From the NCBI GenBank assembly GCA_964106915.2, contig OZ066919.1: DNA of 64,000 nucleotides, one strand, 5' to 3'. Both the position numbers and the translations under genes were made by a program. Shown piece by piece: positions 13,397-25,705 of this stretch. A model generated the notes under the pieces. It did no database searches and was not told the origin of the DNA. It worked only from the letters and a program-made list of their open reading frames with translations. Source of the stretch: Podarcis gaigeae (lineage: Eukaryota). The number at the start of each line of letters is the position of its first letter. Within the stretch, counting starts at the first letter, position 1.

Positions 13397-13451
13397 CTGT
13401 AAAAGAGACGACGGCTAATGAAAGCAAGACAAGCTCCACAGATGCTCCCAT
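13397..13451 (-). CDS. CNTN2: Contactin-2 first coding exon (signal peptide); whole exon 13397-13511
   Basis: Acceptor cttacag| at 13512-13513 and strong Kozak acaATGG. Encodes hydrophobic MGASVELVLLSLAVVSFT, then donor ACAG|gtaaga. Phase 1 joins the next exon in frame. Confidence 0.85.
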
Positions 13452-14254
13452 TGTAGGCTTCAGAATGTGTGCTACAGTTCAACAAACGGAACGGAGAAGG
13501 CGAGTGCAATTCTGTAAGACATGGATGAGTTTACTTGTAACTGGTGAGCAGGATTCAGCCTCACAGAACAGAACTCAAGCTTCCCATTACCTACACTCAT
13601 TTTAACTACTTAATCTTCATATCAAATGCAGTTTGAGATCTTTATGGTTTTTAGGTTTCTGTCATATTTGATTCTGAAGAGGTGCACAGTTTTCTTTATA
13701 CAAGTTTTTCTGGGACCTTTATCTAATTCCTGTGAGTTGATTCTTTTGATGCCAGTCAATTTCTCTGATTCAGTTCTCTTAGCCAACTTCTCTCATCTTA
13801 AACTTCAATAATAAAAAGCCAGCTGCCTCTCCAGTATTTTCTCTAGCTCCTAAGCTGATTTGTTTATATCCATCATACAAAAAATAATGTCATCTACATA
13901 TAGATCTGCCCCACTGTCTCCACAGACATGGGGACACCAGCACAGGTGCAAACAAACCTTGCAGAGCCAACCCCCTCACAAAGGATAGCCTGATTGCTTG
14001 CCCTGTCTTGGGAGTGTGGCCACTTGCCACACTAATAGCTGTGCCTGCCCCACTCTTCAAAAGGAAGGTGCAGGGTGTGTGTTGCTTGTTGGACCAACAT
14101 CTTAGCTTGCTCTTAGCCATTTATCCTCTTATGTCCCTGCTGAACCTTGTAACCTGTAGTTTGCCTTATGTACTGATCTGATTTGAGCATTAAAGCTTTT
14201 GGCAGAAGTATAGAGCTGGGAGTTTCAGTTCTTCATTTCGCAGGAAGGGCCAGG

Positions 14255-14520
14255 ACCAGGGACAGCTCACCCATGAGAAGGGCTGAGGCAGCTGCCTCAT
14301 GTGGTGAAAACGCATGAGGTGGCACCCCTTTGGTTGCCCCGCCACTTCCAGCACTGACAGAGAAGTGGTGCCATTTTCTGGCTTCTCACAAGACCTTGCC
14401 AGAACCCACTGGTGCCACTTTGCAGGCACTAGGTAAGGGATTTTTCTGTGGGGATGGCACAGCAGAGGCACTTTCCCAATGTGCCTCAGGTGACAAAATG
14501 GGATGCGCCACCTTTGGCTA
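14255..14520. mobile_element. Degenerate DNA-transposon-like repeat (inverse relative at ~41260-41445)
   Basis: cacccatgagaagggctgaggcagctgcctca matches the reverse complement of 41400-41435. Confidence 0.5.
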
Positions 14521-15159
14521 GGACACTTTGGAGGCAGAGCTGGTGTTGCCTCTTGCAAGCAGCCACTATTTTTATTGAGGCAATGCTTTTTCATCTAAGT
14601 AATATAGCATTAGCACAATGATAAAGAAGTTTAGAATCAATGATAAAAAACCAACAATCAATTGCTGACAACAAAACATTAGAGGCAAGGATGAGGCACA
14701 AAGATACACAACAAATCATTTAGTATATCAAGATGAATGAAAATCAAGCAACATAACCAAGAAAATATGAGTAGCAAAAGACCGCAAGGTGGAAATATTA
14801 CCAACTGTCACCAAAAGGTGAATACATTGGTATTATTTGAGAGTCTTCCCCCACCCTTTCTTGTGTGTCAGTGTTGCCCTGGAATAAATACCAAGTTGAA
14901 ATGAATGATCCCAGTCTAGATGGATCTTTGGCCTCTCTCAGCTGACATGCTAAATTAATGTTTGTTCATTACCTCCCATACTTTCCTTATCTAATCCTTT
15001 TGAGAGGGTAGCTCCAGCTGCCTCCATTTACATGATTGAAACAGGCAATTTTTGGAGCCAAGTAAGGCTGCCATTCTTAAAACACTTACAAAGGAGTTCA
15101 GCTCCACTGAACATACTGAGACTTACTTCCAAGTAAACAGGGATATATGATCCTTGTGG

Positions 15160-15380
15160 CAGTGGCCGAACTATATGCTCCGGCACCAGGGGAGCGGAGA
15201 GCAGGCGAGGGTGTGGCTGGCGCGCATCCTGGGGGCATGGTGTGCTGCCTGCAGGGACGTGGTGTGTGTCCTGGGGGCGTGGCGCCCAGTGCAGGTGGGG
15301 GGGCAGCCACAATGGCACCCCACTGGGATCACGCTACCGAGGGCGGTGCGCTCCCCCGCACTCCTCTTCCTCCGCCAGTG
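15160..15380. mobile_element. GC-rich hAT-like MITE
   Basis: Perfect 8-bp TSD ccttgtgg (15152-15159 / 15381-15388); imperfect TIR cagtggccga / tccgccagtg. Explains the local CpG patch. Confidence 0.8.
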
Positions 15381-18164
15381 CCTTGTGGTGATACAAGGGA
15401 TAATGTTTCCAAGTAGTAAAGGAACCTAGAATCCTTTTGGACATGACATTTCTAATTTCCCCACCAGTTGCCTGGGCAATGGAGCATTCCTACTACCATA
15501 AAGTGGTAAAAGGTATGCACTTCCCTTCCAACACATAGGACTATATTGATGGAAGATCCTTTGTGTGATCTAGTTAAAGTACTATATCATCAATGCATGT
15601 TAGCCCTGGACGCTATGTAATAAGAACAAGGTTCCTCTGAGCAAGAGCAGAGTACCTTTTTTCTTCCCACAGAGCAAGCACAAATGACCCCTAAACATTT
15701 GCATACTGAGCCCTGACACTTTTCATAAATATGCCACTACAATGAAGGTACGATGCTAGTAATACTCACCAGATTCCAAAGCCACTTCATTCAGGCAAGT
15801 ATCATTGCCCAGAATGCAGGATACACATACCCTATTCCTTTTGGAATCTGAGGTTCTTTGCTAGTTCAAATAAGAAACAAAGGCTGACCCAAATCATCTG
15901 AAAATCCAAAGGTTGTTTTTAACATGACATTAAATACCTTGAGTCTTTCTGGTGATGTAAGTGCTATTAATGATGGCAGAAGGAGGAAGTGAGCTGCTGT
16001 TATGAACTTAAGTACATTTCAACCCATATGGATTCCACATCTGAATTATAGACACATGGCTTGCAAATATATAAAGAAAAAGAAAATAAACAACTCTTAT
16101 AGCATCGCATGGGAAAACACTAAGTCTGCACCTCTTGCACCATTATTCACTTGGCCTTTCATGACACTTCTGCCACGTGAGGACGGCTTGCTGGGCTTGC
16201 ATTATTTGCGACTAGGTTCACCACCTGCACAACACTTCTTCACTCAGCTGTTTCTCTCTCACAAGAGTAAAGCTAAGCAAAACACTTTCCATATTAAGAA
16301 AAGCAAATTTGGAAGGGGGAATCAGAAGAGAGGGTAGCAAAAGGGCAAGTGTAGGACACAGATTCTGCTTGCCATACAACCTTGGACAAATCAGTTTTTA
16401 AGAAGTCCTGATTGTTGCAGTACTCTGTATTGTATAATAGATATATAACATGCATATTCATGTATATTTAAGTAATTCACAGGGTCTGTATATAAACTAG
16501 TATTGACAACACAATGAGCCATGAATGAAAGATGTGGCATAGCCGCCTTCACAATTTCTGCTCCCAGACTTCAAATTCAGCATGCTTGGTTTACACAGTA
16601 GAAAGACAGTATCACTGGGTACAAGTCCTCTGGGATTTGCAAAGTCAGCCACCTGAGCCCTTCCATCTCTCACAGCCATCGTGGCAAGAAATCCTTTCAT
16701 CTACGCTGTTTCGAAGATTCATCCACTAACTTGTTTAATCAAAAAGCATCCAGATTTCATCTAAAATCCAATCATGATAATTGCCTTAAAACCAAGGACT
16801 GCAGTTTTGTGCATGTTGTGAAGTTCCAGGCCATGAGCTAGATGCAGAACTAAATTATACCAAAGTTATGAGGTTACTGAATACAGCTTTGGATCAAATG
16901 TCTCCCTAGACTATTTATTTGTTTGTTTGCTTATTAAAAAGATGGATGATGCAAAATTGCTCTCTCTCTTTCTCCTCTGTATCAGCTCAGCAGGTAGAGT
17001 CAGCACAAAACCAGCTACATTTAGTTAGTCAAATGAGCAGATTTGTCTCAAAGACACAGGGGGTGCAGACAGAGTTGAGTAAGGAGGAGGCTGTGCTGAT
17101 TATAACTGAGCTCTCCACTTTCTTGCTTTATAAAATATAGATGCTGTATTCAAATGAAAGTGAATCTGGTCGCTTCTCTCCCTGGGCATTTAGCCTAAAC
17201 AAACTATAGTGTCAGGGGAATAAATGGCTGAATAGGCAATCACATAATAAAATAACAGCAGTAGAACTACAATAATTTTGGGTGTGTTAATTCTCCTGTC
17301 TTTTTTCCCCTGCCTTCCAGTAGGTCATGAGTGACTATTACAATTTGAACCCCAGCTACTGTTGCTCTGAATTTACAGACTTCAGACTCAGTTTCTATTA
17401 CTTCCAAAAGTACAAAATGACTATATAGTGCTCAGAGCTCTATGACTCACATAATGATATTTCAACCGCCATTTCTTTCTTCATTTTAAGACCTCTTTTA
17501 CACCTACGTTTCTGGTGCATGTGAACGTAAGGCTGGGCTCATAAGCACCACTTATATGGAGGGAATGCTTATTTTAGCAACAGGATGACCATTCCTCATT
17601 TCGGATGATCCCAGAACTGTTGATCTTCATCAGTTTGTTAACAGTAGCTTGGGCTTTTCAGACAGCCATACATCAATCACTACCTAAAGCTTCCTAAGTT
17701 TTATTTTTTAAAATATTTTCAACCAAGAAAAAAACCAAGGCAGGAAGGGCCAACCAGAACCTAGCAGTGCTAAGAAAGCTGATTATATTTGATAAAAGGT
17801 GTGGCATATCTACTTCACAATCTGAAAAGCTCTTTTTTCACTATGCATTTAGACACCTCTAAAGACAGTGGGCTATATCTAATGTTAGTCAGAGCAGACC
17901 CATTGAAATTGATGGGTCATTAATTTCTTTGGGTTGACTCAAAATAGGGATTTGCTGGATATAACCCATCAAAAGCAATTTTTGCATCATGGTTCCTGAG
18001 ATCAAGGAGTAAATTTTCATCTATATCTGGGTACACACACCTGAATGCTACTTTGAATCAAGATGGCAGATGATCAATACTGTAATGATTTTGTGGTTGT
18101 TCTTTGTTTCTTAAGACTTCCTAAGCAATGCTGGTATGGGTTCTAGAATATCACCTGAGGGCAC

Positions 18165-18465
18165 ATGATTCGGCTAATATGCTGAAGCTAACGAGGACTA
18201 GGTCTGATCTAGGCATGCCTGCATGGGAGACCACCCAAGACCACCACCTATACCAGAGCTTTCCAAACTTTTCATGTTGGTGACACACTTTTTAGACCCC
18301 TTTCCAGCCCTGGGAGGAGTGTGGGGAGCGTTCATACAACACACCTACACACTGTAGCCGACACACTAATGTGTCACGGACACACAGTTTGAAAAGCTGT
18401 GACCTATACCAATGTGAGTGCCATGGTGGGGAAAAAGTGAGATATATGTACTAAAGAAATAAATT
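18165..18465 (+). mobile_element. 5S rRNA-derived SINE (SINE3-like), interrupted by a MITE
   Basis: gaagctaacgaggactaggtctgatctagg...tgcatgggagaccacc resembles the 5S A box to C box region (gaagctaagcagggtcgggcctggttagtacttggatgggagaccgcc). An A-rich L2-type tail follows the insertion. Confidence 0.6.
18254..18401. mobile_element. 148-bp hAT-like MITE
   Basis: TIR cagagctttccaaact / agtttgaaaagctgtg; perfect 8-bp TSD acctatac (18246-18253 / 18402-18409). Confidence 0.85.
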
Positions 18466-20263
18466 TACCAACACAAAATTCACTCATAAATTTGCCACAC
18501 AAAACAGCCCACATCTTGATTAGCACATACTTCCACAAAAGTGTCCCTCTCTTTGAAATATTGATCTTGCAAACCCGATTGAGAATATTTTCTATTTCCC
18601 TTTAATCACTCAACTCATTAAAAACAACTCATTTCTCCAATACCAGTGCAGATTTTCAGGGGAGACCTGTACCTGCATTCTTTTTCTCTCTCCAACTGCT
18701 CTCTTCCCCACTGTCTAATTGAATCTAGTAGGCTGCCTGAAAACATCTAGCATCTTGTCTATTTTTTGTTTGCCAGTCTCTTTGCCAACGTTTTGCAGGC
18801 CAAATTCAATAGTCCATTATTTCAGCCTGCCAATTATAAGATTCTTCTCTCTGCAAATTCAGCTGATCATGGTATGGAGGCTGCTGCCTTAAAGGCAGTT
18901 CTATGGTTGAGCAGCCAGCATAAACCACTTACAGTTACTCATCTAGTAAAGGTAATGAGGAATTTGCTGGAAATGATAAACAATCCAACATATCTGCTCG
19001 AAGAGAATTTTTCTTTATCCTTTTCCCAGCTCCATATGACTGGAATTCAATAAAAGGTTTTGCCACACTCTTTTAGGCTGCAAAGTCTACAGTGCAGATG
19101 ATGATATTCTGTGCAAAAGGTGTGTTAGTTGTGTACTGTCATGATTATCCTGTATTGGCAGATCCAGTAACAGTTTTGAGGATGTTCCACAGAAGCTGAA
19201 GTCTTATTCATGTAGTAAATAAATAGCTCATGTCCTGCATGCAGTTTATCGCATATGGCCATGTAAACATTTGCCATGGGTTGCAAATTGCACATGAGAT
19301 TCAAACAATTTCCTGCATAAAATATCTTCCATGTAGGAGATTCTGTCTGGATAAGATGTTTTCTTAGGTCTGCTTTACACACTACATAGCAACATATTAG
19401 ATTTCAACGTCAAGCATCCATTCAACAGGGAACCAAAGTCAATCTTTGCTCTCTGATAAGGGCACCTGTTCTCCATAAGACACACAAAGTTTCAAATGCC
19501 TGTTTACCATGTTCACACAAAGGCACAAAGAAGCCCCCAGATTCTGCACTTCGTCCACAGATGGATAGATAAACCAGGACCTAAATTCAGAAAGAGGGGC
19601 AAGACCGGTATTTGCCTCTTTTCTTGGGATATCATTTCAGAGCTGACTTGGTGGCAGTGAAACAGTCTGCTGATGGATGCCCTGCTGCAAATGCTCCTAT
19701 CCACTAGGATAGTGCAGGAAGCTGCATGAAAGAACATCTACTAATAGTCAAAGACAGATTGGCTATCTCATAAATGCCCCCGGGACCTAGGATGGATCCA
19801 TTATCAAGGAACTGATGTTATAGACAGATGCCTACAGTTCCTTTGGGTCTTCCTGCTTTCCTCTCTGATAGGATTCTTTGAGCAAGCTGATGCCTACTTT
19901 GGGAAATGATCATAGTGGAGAAAAATCACACGTTATGGCTGTGGGCTATTCTGTAGTTCTATGTATATTAGCAGGACAAGCCCTAGCACAGCTGTTAAGA
20001 GGGTATCCTGATAAAAATGCAACTTTTCCATTCCATTTTCATTTCCTCCCACTTTAAATGGCTTATATCCCACTTTGTCTTCCTGAGGGAACCCAAAATG
20101 ACTAAGAGCAAACAGAAAACAAAGTATCAGAATAATCAGCAAAAACACAGTACATATCAAAATATAAAATGACAAATGATTCTTTAGGATCCTGTTAAAA
20201 ACACCCAAAGAGACTAGACATAGGCCCATTTAAGGAAGGTGTAAATGGATGATAAAGAGACTA

Positions 20264-20488
20264 CAGTGGTACCTCAGGTTACATACGCTTCAGATTACAT
20301 ACGCTTCAGGTTACAGACTCTGCAAACCCAGAAATATTACCTCGGGTTAAGAACTTTGCTTCAGGATGAGAACAGAAATAGTGCAGCAGCGGAGCAGCGG
20401 CAGCAGGAGGCCCCATTAGCTAAAGTGGTGCTTCAGGTTAAGAACAGACCTCCGGAACGAATTAAGTTCTTAACCCAAGGTACCACTA
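20264..20488. mobile_element. Tc1/mariner (Tigger/pogo-like) MITE
   Basis: TA flanks; TIR cagtggtacctcaggtta / taacccaaggtaccacta; internal repeats of gcttcagg(t/a). Confidence 0.85.
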
Positions 20489-22416
20489 TAATTGTGTGCT
20501 GAGCTGGACCTGAACATTTTGCTGCCTGAATGATGAGCTGGTGCCTGCTCCTCCTTTACACCTAGAAGCTGCCCATGCAGACTATTGAATCTTACTTCAA
20601 CATGGGTGATGGAACAAAGTCTCCTGAGGGCAGCAGCTGCTTAGGGGGTGCAGGCCAGGCCACACTCAGCTCTGTCATCCAACACCTTGCTGCTGTCTCT
20701 CCCAGTCCCCTACCAATGGGTCATCCAACACCTCATTGCCCAAGGTGGTTACTTCACCATAATTAATGACAAGCTACAGCTCATGATTAGTGAGGCGAGA
20801 AAGCAGCAGGGAGCTCCTTTCTGGGAGCCCACACATTTGTGTAGTCCCAGTGGGCCATAATTTGGCTTACTGTGTTGTGCAAACCAGGCCAATTTCTCCG
20901 AAATGGTCTCAACCTCATGTTTGAGTGTCAATGTGATGAAGATTTGAGCTGGGGAGAGATTATAAAAAATACCACCACAGGAAAAGTTATGTGTCTACAA
21001 GGCTCAATATGTCTTCTCTAAGCACCCCAAACAAGAAAGAAATAACATGGCTGTTCTGAACCTCACAGAAGCCTTCATCAAAGACATTAGGAGTAGCTTT
21101 CTGAGAGAACAAAAACATACATCCATTCTCACTATCTATGGGTTATTACAATATAATTAGGTTTCTTATCCAGTTAATAGTAACACCGCACAAGACTTTA
21201 GCTAAAGTCAACACTATAAATACAAACATGCATTTAATTGAAACCATTGGTTAGTCCATTTGTCTTGGCACAATTTGTCTTTTACAAAGCACATGTTAAT
21301 ATATTGTGGCTGCTCGCTCATCATGTCCACTCCGAAGAAACCTGAGAGAAAAAATGATTTGTTCGTTCAGACGTCTGTGACTGCTTAAGAGGATTGCTAG
21401 TTGGTTAGACCTGAAATCTGTTTTGGTGGATGCAGTGAGCGGCTTTCTTTTTTGTTTGCTCAAGTTCATTCTCTGACAGTGGCTTGCATATGTTAAATGC
21501 AAACTATATTAAACTCTTTGCTTGCATATATTAAACTGGACAAATATTCCAATTAACAAAGAACAGTGATTTTCCCAAAGAGAGCAACCAATTGCATAAC
21601 AGGGGCAATGTGTACTTTACAGGTCTGTGCAAACCTGCCTTGTAAATAAGTCCACAAAAGTTACCAGCCTGGAAAAATAAAATGTTTACTAGCTACATTA
21701 AATTCCATGCACGTGTCTGCCTGTAATTCCTTCTCATCTATTGCTACCAAGCTAATGCCTGAATATAAGGCTAACACGAGCATACAACAAGTCCAAAACT
21801 TGGCATTAGATTAAAAATTCAGGATCTTTCTAGCTCTCCTCCTTTCATTTTTAATATCAGCATGACACAGAAATCAAACAACTATTTTCACTCTATGCCA
21901 TATGCCAGGCAAAGCTTCTGTTGCTCCATTTCCATTTGCCATGCCGCTGTTAAAGCACAGGAGCAGGGTGGAGAGAGCAGGTTCACAATTACAAGCCAAC
22001 GTATTTATTTTGTGTAAAACAAGCCACAGCATAAAATACAGAATTTGAGCTACACGGGGCAGAATGTTGGTTATTATTATTTTAAATACAGAATTCACGC
22101 AATCCTGACAATTCTGGTTCTGGCTTTTACAAGGCATCCTCTAACCAGGAAGCTTTTAGTACCAATTAGGGTTGTCACTCAGTCAAAGAAATCTCAGGCT
22201 ATTAGCGTTAGAAGTTTCCTGTGGTGTGTTCCTTCTGATAAAAAAAAATCTTCACAGTAACTTCATTTTGGGAAAATGTTTGATACTTGCAGGTGTCGAT
22301 GCATTTATAATCCTGTGGGCTGGAGACTAACAGAGAGACAATAAATGTGGACGGACCCTGCGAGCCTTTATAGTTGCAGAGAACAAGCTATATTTCAAGG
22401 TTGGGAGGATAAACAC

Positions 22417-22988
22417 CATAGCTGTCAAGTGTCCCTTATTTGAAGGGACAGTCCCTTATTCCAGCGCCAAGTCCCACTGCTGTCCCTTATTGATGGATGT
22501 CCCTTAAATGATGTCCCTTAAATTTCAAAGGAAGCAGCTCCTCTCCCTTCCTCCCTGCTGGCCAGAGAGGAGGGAGGCTCCAACTGTGTTGCTTGGCTGT
22601 GTTGCTCACCCAATAAGAAGTCTAAGAACGACTGGGGGGTGGAGCTTGCATGCCTTGTGTGTGGCTAGTTAATGCAAGCTGAGGGGTTTTTTGAATGCTG
22701 GACACCATTTTGTTGCACATGCTGCTGCAAACTTTGCAGTGCAAAGCCAGGCTGGGGAGCCATCTTAAGTTGAGGCTTCATAGGCCTTGTGGTGCATGTG
22801 ATTCAGATTCTATTCAGTTGAACCTCTGGTTACAAAGTTGGTTGGACAGTGTTCTCGAAGCTACCAGCATGAGTTTGACCAGACTGCAGGAGGACAGGAA
22901 GACTGGAGTGCCTGGAACAGGTGAGGCTGCAGGTCCCTTATTTTGGCTGCTGGTCCCTTATTTTCAAATCTGTAAGTTGACAGCTATG
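22417..22988. mobile_element. 572-bp hAT-like non-autonomous element
   Basis: Perfect 12-bp TIR catagctgtcaa / ttgacagctatg; perfect 8-bp TSD ataaacac (22409-22416 / 22989-22996); repeated subterminal gtcccttatt motifs at both ends. Confidence 0.9.
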
Positions 22989-24895
22989 ATAAACACCACT
23001 ATCTACTACATAGTAGTTTAAGCTCTCACTGCCCTTTCTGTGCTTGAATGGATATCTTATGATGACCCATCTTATGACTACCCATCTTATTTGGACAAAT
23101 GGGCTGTCTATATTAAATTATATGCATAAATCAGGATCAAAGTCAGCTGACAATGTTGCTGTTTCCCCCCTCCTGTTATATTTGTGACAATAACAATAAT
23201 AATGGAGGGGGAAAGTGGAATAAAGATTGTGAGTTTCAAAACAGACTTTGTTTTCAGGCAGGGCTTGTATACACTTCTGCAGCAGGCGCCATCTTAGAAG
23301 AGGTAACCACCCTTCAAAAACCTTTTCCAGCTTGGCACATGCCGGTTGCAATTCTTAGACATCTTTAAGTTAAAAAATAAGGGACTTTAAAAAATGTATT
23401 ACCCAGTTAATTGGGGACACCTTTTCAGTTGATCAAGAAGGCTTTAACTGATTAATCTAACTAATTGGGACTGCAATCCCACTTAGGTGGGAATGAATCG
23501 AGCCAGATTTACCTCAGTATAGGATTGTGCTGTTTAAATGTTGCAGCCATAGTAATGATATTAAGTTCTATTCCTTTTAGCACACACAAAACTACTTCTG
23601 ACCCACAGAATGATAAACATGGGTCTTTAAAATTGACGGTGGTGCTGTGAAATGGGCCTCACTCCCAGAAGCCGTTTGCAAGATCAAGGCTCAGCTCTGC
23701 AAGAGTGAAGATGAGATGGCTTCTAAGCATCTGCAAGTGTGCCTTCCTCACACCACTGAGTAACCACAAGCAGGCTGCATGTTTGTGTATACAAGCATGC
23801 ATGCACATGTCATGCTTCTTCAGAGCTTGTGGCTTCAAGGCCTACTTGAGCTCCAACACTTTTCTCTTTCAAACATTAAACATTGTATTGCGAGTGTTTT
23901 CATCCCCAAAAGTGCCACCGCTAACACTGCTAACTTTTCTGGACTGCTTCTTGTCACATCCCAATGCTTTTTTACCCCAAAAGCTAACAATGCCTCCTCA
24001 TTCTGCCAGACAGCCAGGACTGCATCTCTCCTCTGCCTTTCACTGTCGCTCACACACATGCATGCTCAACGTTCCCTGGGGAGGCAAGTGCACCTGTGTC
24101 AGGCCAAGCCCTCAGCTTTCCCTATCACCTTGCCTTTTCTCATCAGTACTACCCTGCATCTCTGCTCACGTTTCCTTGCTCCTCACGAAGTTCACACGTG
24201 CACCCACTTTGAGTTCTTCTGATTTGCTCTGACAAGCAGGAGGGAAGCCCTCGCTCATCACCCTGCAGGGCTACAGGGCTTGGCAGTACCGTGCTTCTCC
24301 CCTCCCTCCCTTCATCAGCCTCCAGCCTACAACCAGGGAGAGGGTATTAACAGGATGAGCTGTGAGGCTGTCTTGAGCAATGATGGCTATGCAATCTATT
24401 AAACCAGAATGGATGAGTGTCATTTAAACCCCTCCAGTCAGGGAACCAGCAGAGGACTTGGGCAGGAGTCTTGTTCTTTGCTGCAGCTGCAGCATCCCAT
24501 AATAACCGGGCTATTCCAATGCTGCTAAAGTGGTTGAAGCAGGGGTACAAGGGCTTGTGCCGTGCAAAAGTTCATTTGCTAACAAGAAAGAGATGTTGCA
24601 AAAGAGTACAAAGGCACCAGATTCCTATTCTACCTCTCTTGTTTGTAAAGGCCATGAAATAATTGATGCTGTTTCCGTCTCTGTTTCCTTATTCTCAAAA
24701 TAGTAACAGCCAATCCTTTGCCTGCTACTTTACTAATAATAAACTACTATTATCTGCAACTGATGGCGATGAACACTGCCAGAAATGGATCAAAGCCCCA
24801 GATTCCAAAGTCCCCTACATTTCAAAGGGCTCAAACCAGAGTTGCTGCTGAAATTTGCTAGTTTTAGTGTTTCAGGCAAAATAACTGATTACTAC

Positions 24896-25443
24896 AAGAC
24901 GCCTGCTTTCTGGGAGAAAAGCAATAACAAACCTAGACAGCATCTTAAAAAGCAGAGACATCACTTTGCCAACAAAGGTCTGCATAGTTAAAGCTATGGT
25001 TTTCCCAGTAGTGATGTATGGAAGTGAGAGCTGGACCATAAAGAAGGCTGATCACGGAAGAATTGATGCCTTTGAATACTGGTGCTGGAGGAGACTCTTG
25101 AGAGTCCCATGGACTGCAAGAAGATCAAACCTCTCCATTCTGAAGGAAATCAGCCCTGAGTGCTCACTGGAAGGACAGATCGTGAAGCTGAGGCTCCAAT
25201 ACTTTGGCCACCTCATGAGAAGAGAAGACTCCCTGGAAAAGACCCTGATGTTGGGAAAGATGGAGGGCACAAGGAGAAGGGGACGACAGAGGGTGAGATG
25301 GTCGGACGGTGTTCTCGAAGCTACAGACATGAGTTTGACCAAGCTGCGGGAGGCGGTGTAGGACAGGTGTGCCTGGCATGCTCTGGTCCATGGGGTCACG
25401 AAGAGTCGGACACAACTAAATGACTAAACAACAACAACAACAA
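24896..25443 (+). mobile_element. 5'-truncated Bov-B (RTE) LINE 3' end
   Basis: ORF 24966-25361 (..KAMVFPVVMYGSESWTIKKAD..RIDAFEYWCWRRLLRVPWTARRSN..LEKTLMLGKMEG.RRRGRQR.RW.D..) is the typical RTE/Bov-B C-terminus. It stops early at TAG 25359-25361 and the element ends in a (CAA)n tail. Confidence 0.93.
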
Positions 25444-25534
25444 CTGGCAAAATGGAAACCTCCTTGAAAATCCTGGACAACTCCCAAACCTGCTTCTCTT
25501 AAAGCACAAATGATATTGTACTTTATGCACCAGC

Positions 25535-25705
25535 GTACTGTAGTGGTTTGAGTGTTGGACTGGCAAAATCCGTGTCCAATCCCTGCTCACTAACTCTCTG
25601 CTCACTAACCTACCTCACAGGGTTGTTTTGAGATCCAAAAAAGAGAGGGAGGGAACTGTGTAGACCGCCTTGAACTGCTTGGAGGAAGGCAGGATGTAAA
25701 TCTAA
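25535..25705 (+). mobile_element. MIR-like / Squam3-like SINE (others at 29040-29262, 42036-42236, 47150-47350 minus)
   Basis: Head tgtagtggtttgagtgttggact, core aacctacctcacagggttgtt, tail ttggaggaaggcaggatgtaaat. Confidence 0.7.

Noticed and set aside
15160-15380. Second CpG island / alternative CNTN2 promoter
   Set aside because: The CpG patch is exactly bounded by an 8-bp TSD, so it is a transposon insertion.
23705-24232. Overlapping 175-aa and 147-aa ORFs
   Set aside because: No recognisable domain, no exon-like splice context, and antisense within a CNTN2 intron; chance ORFs.
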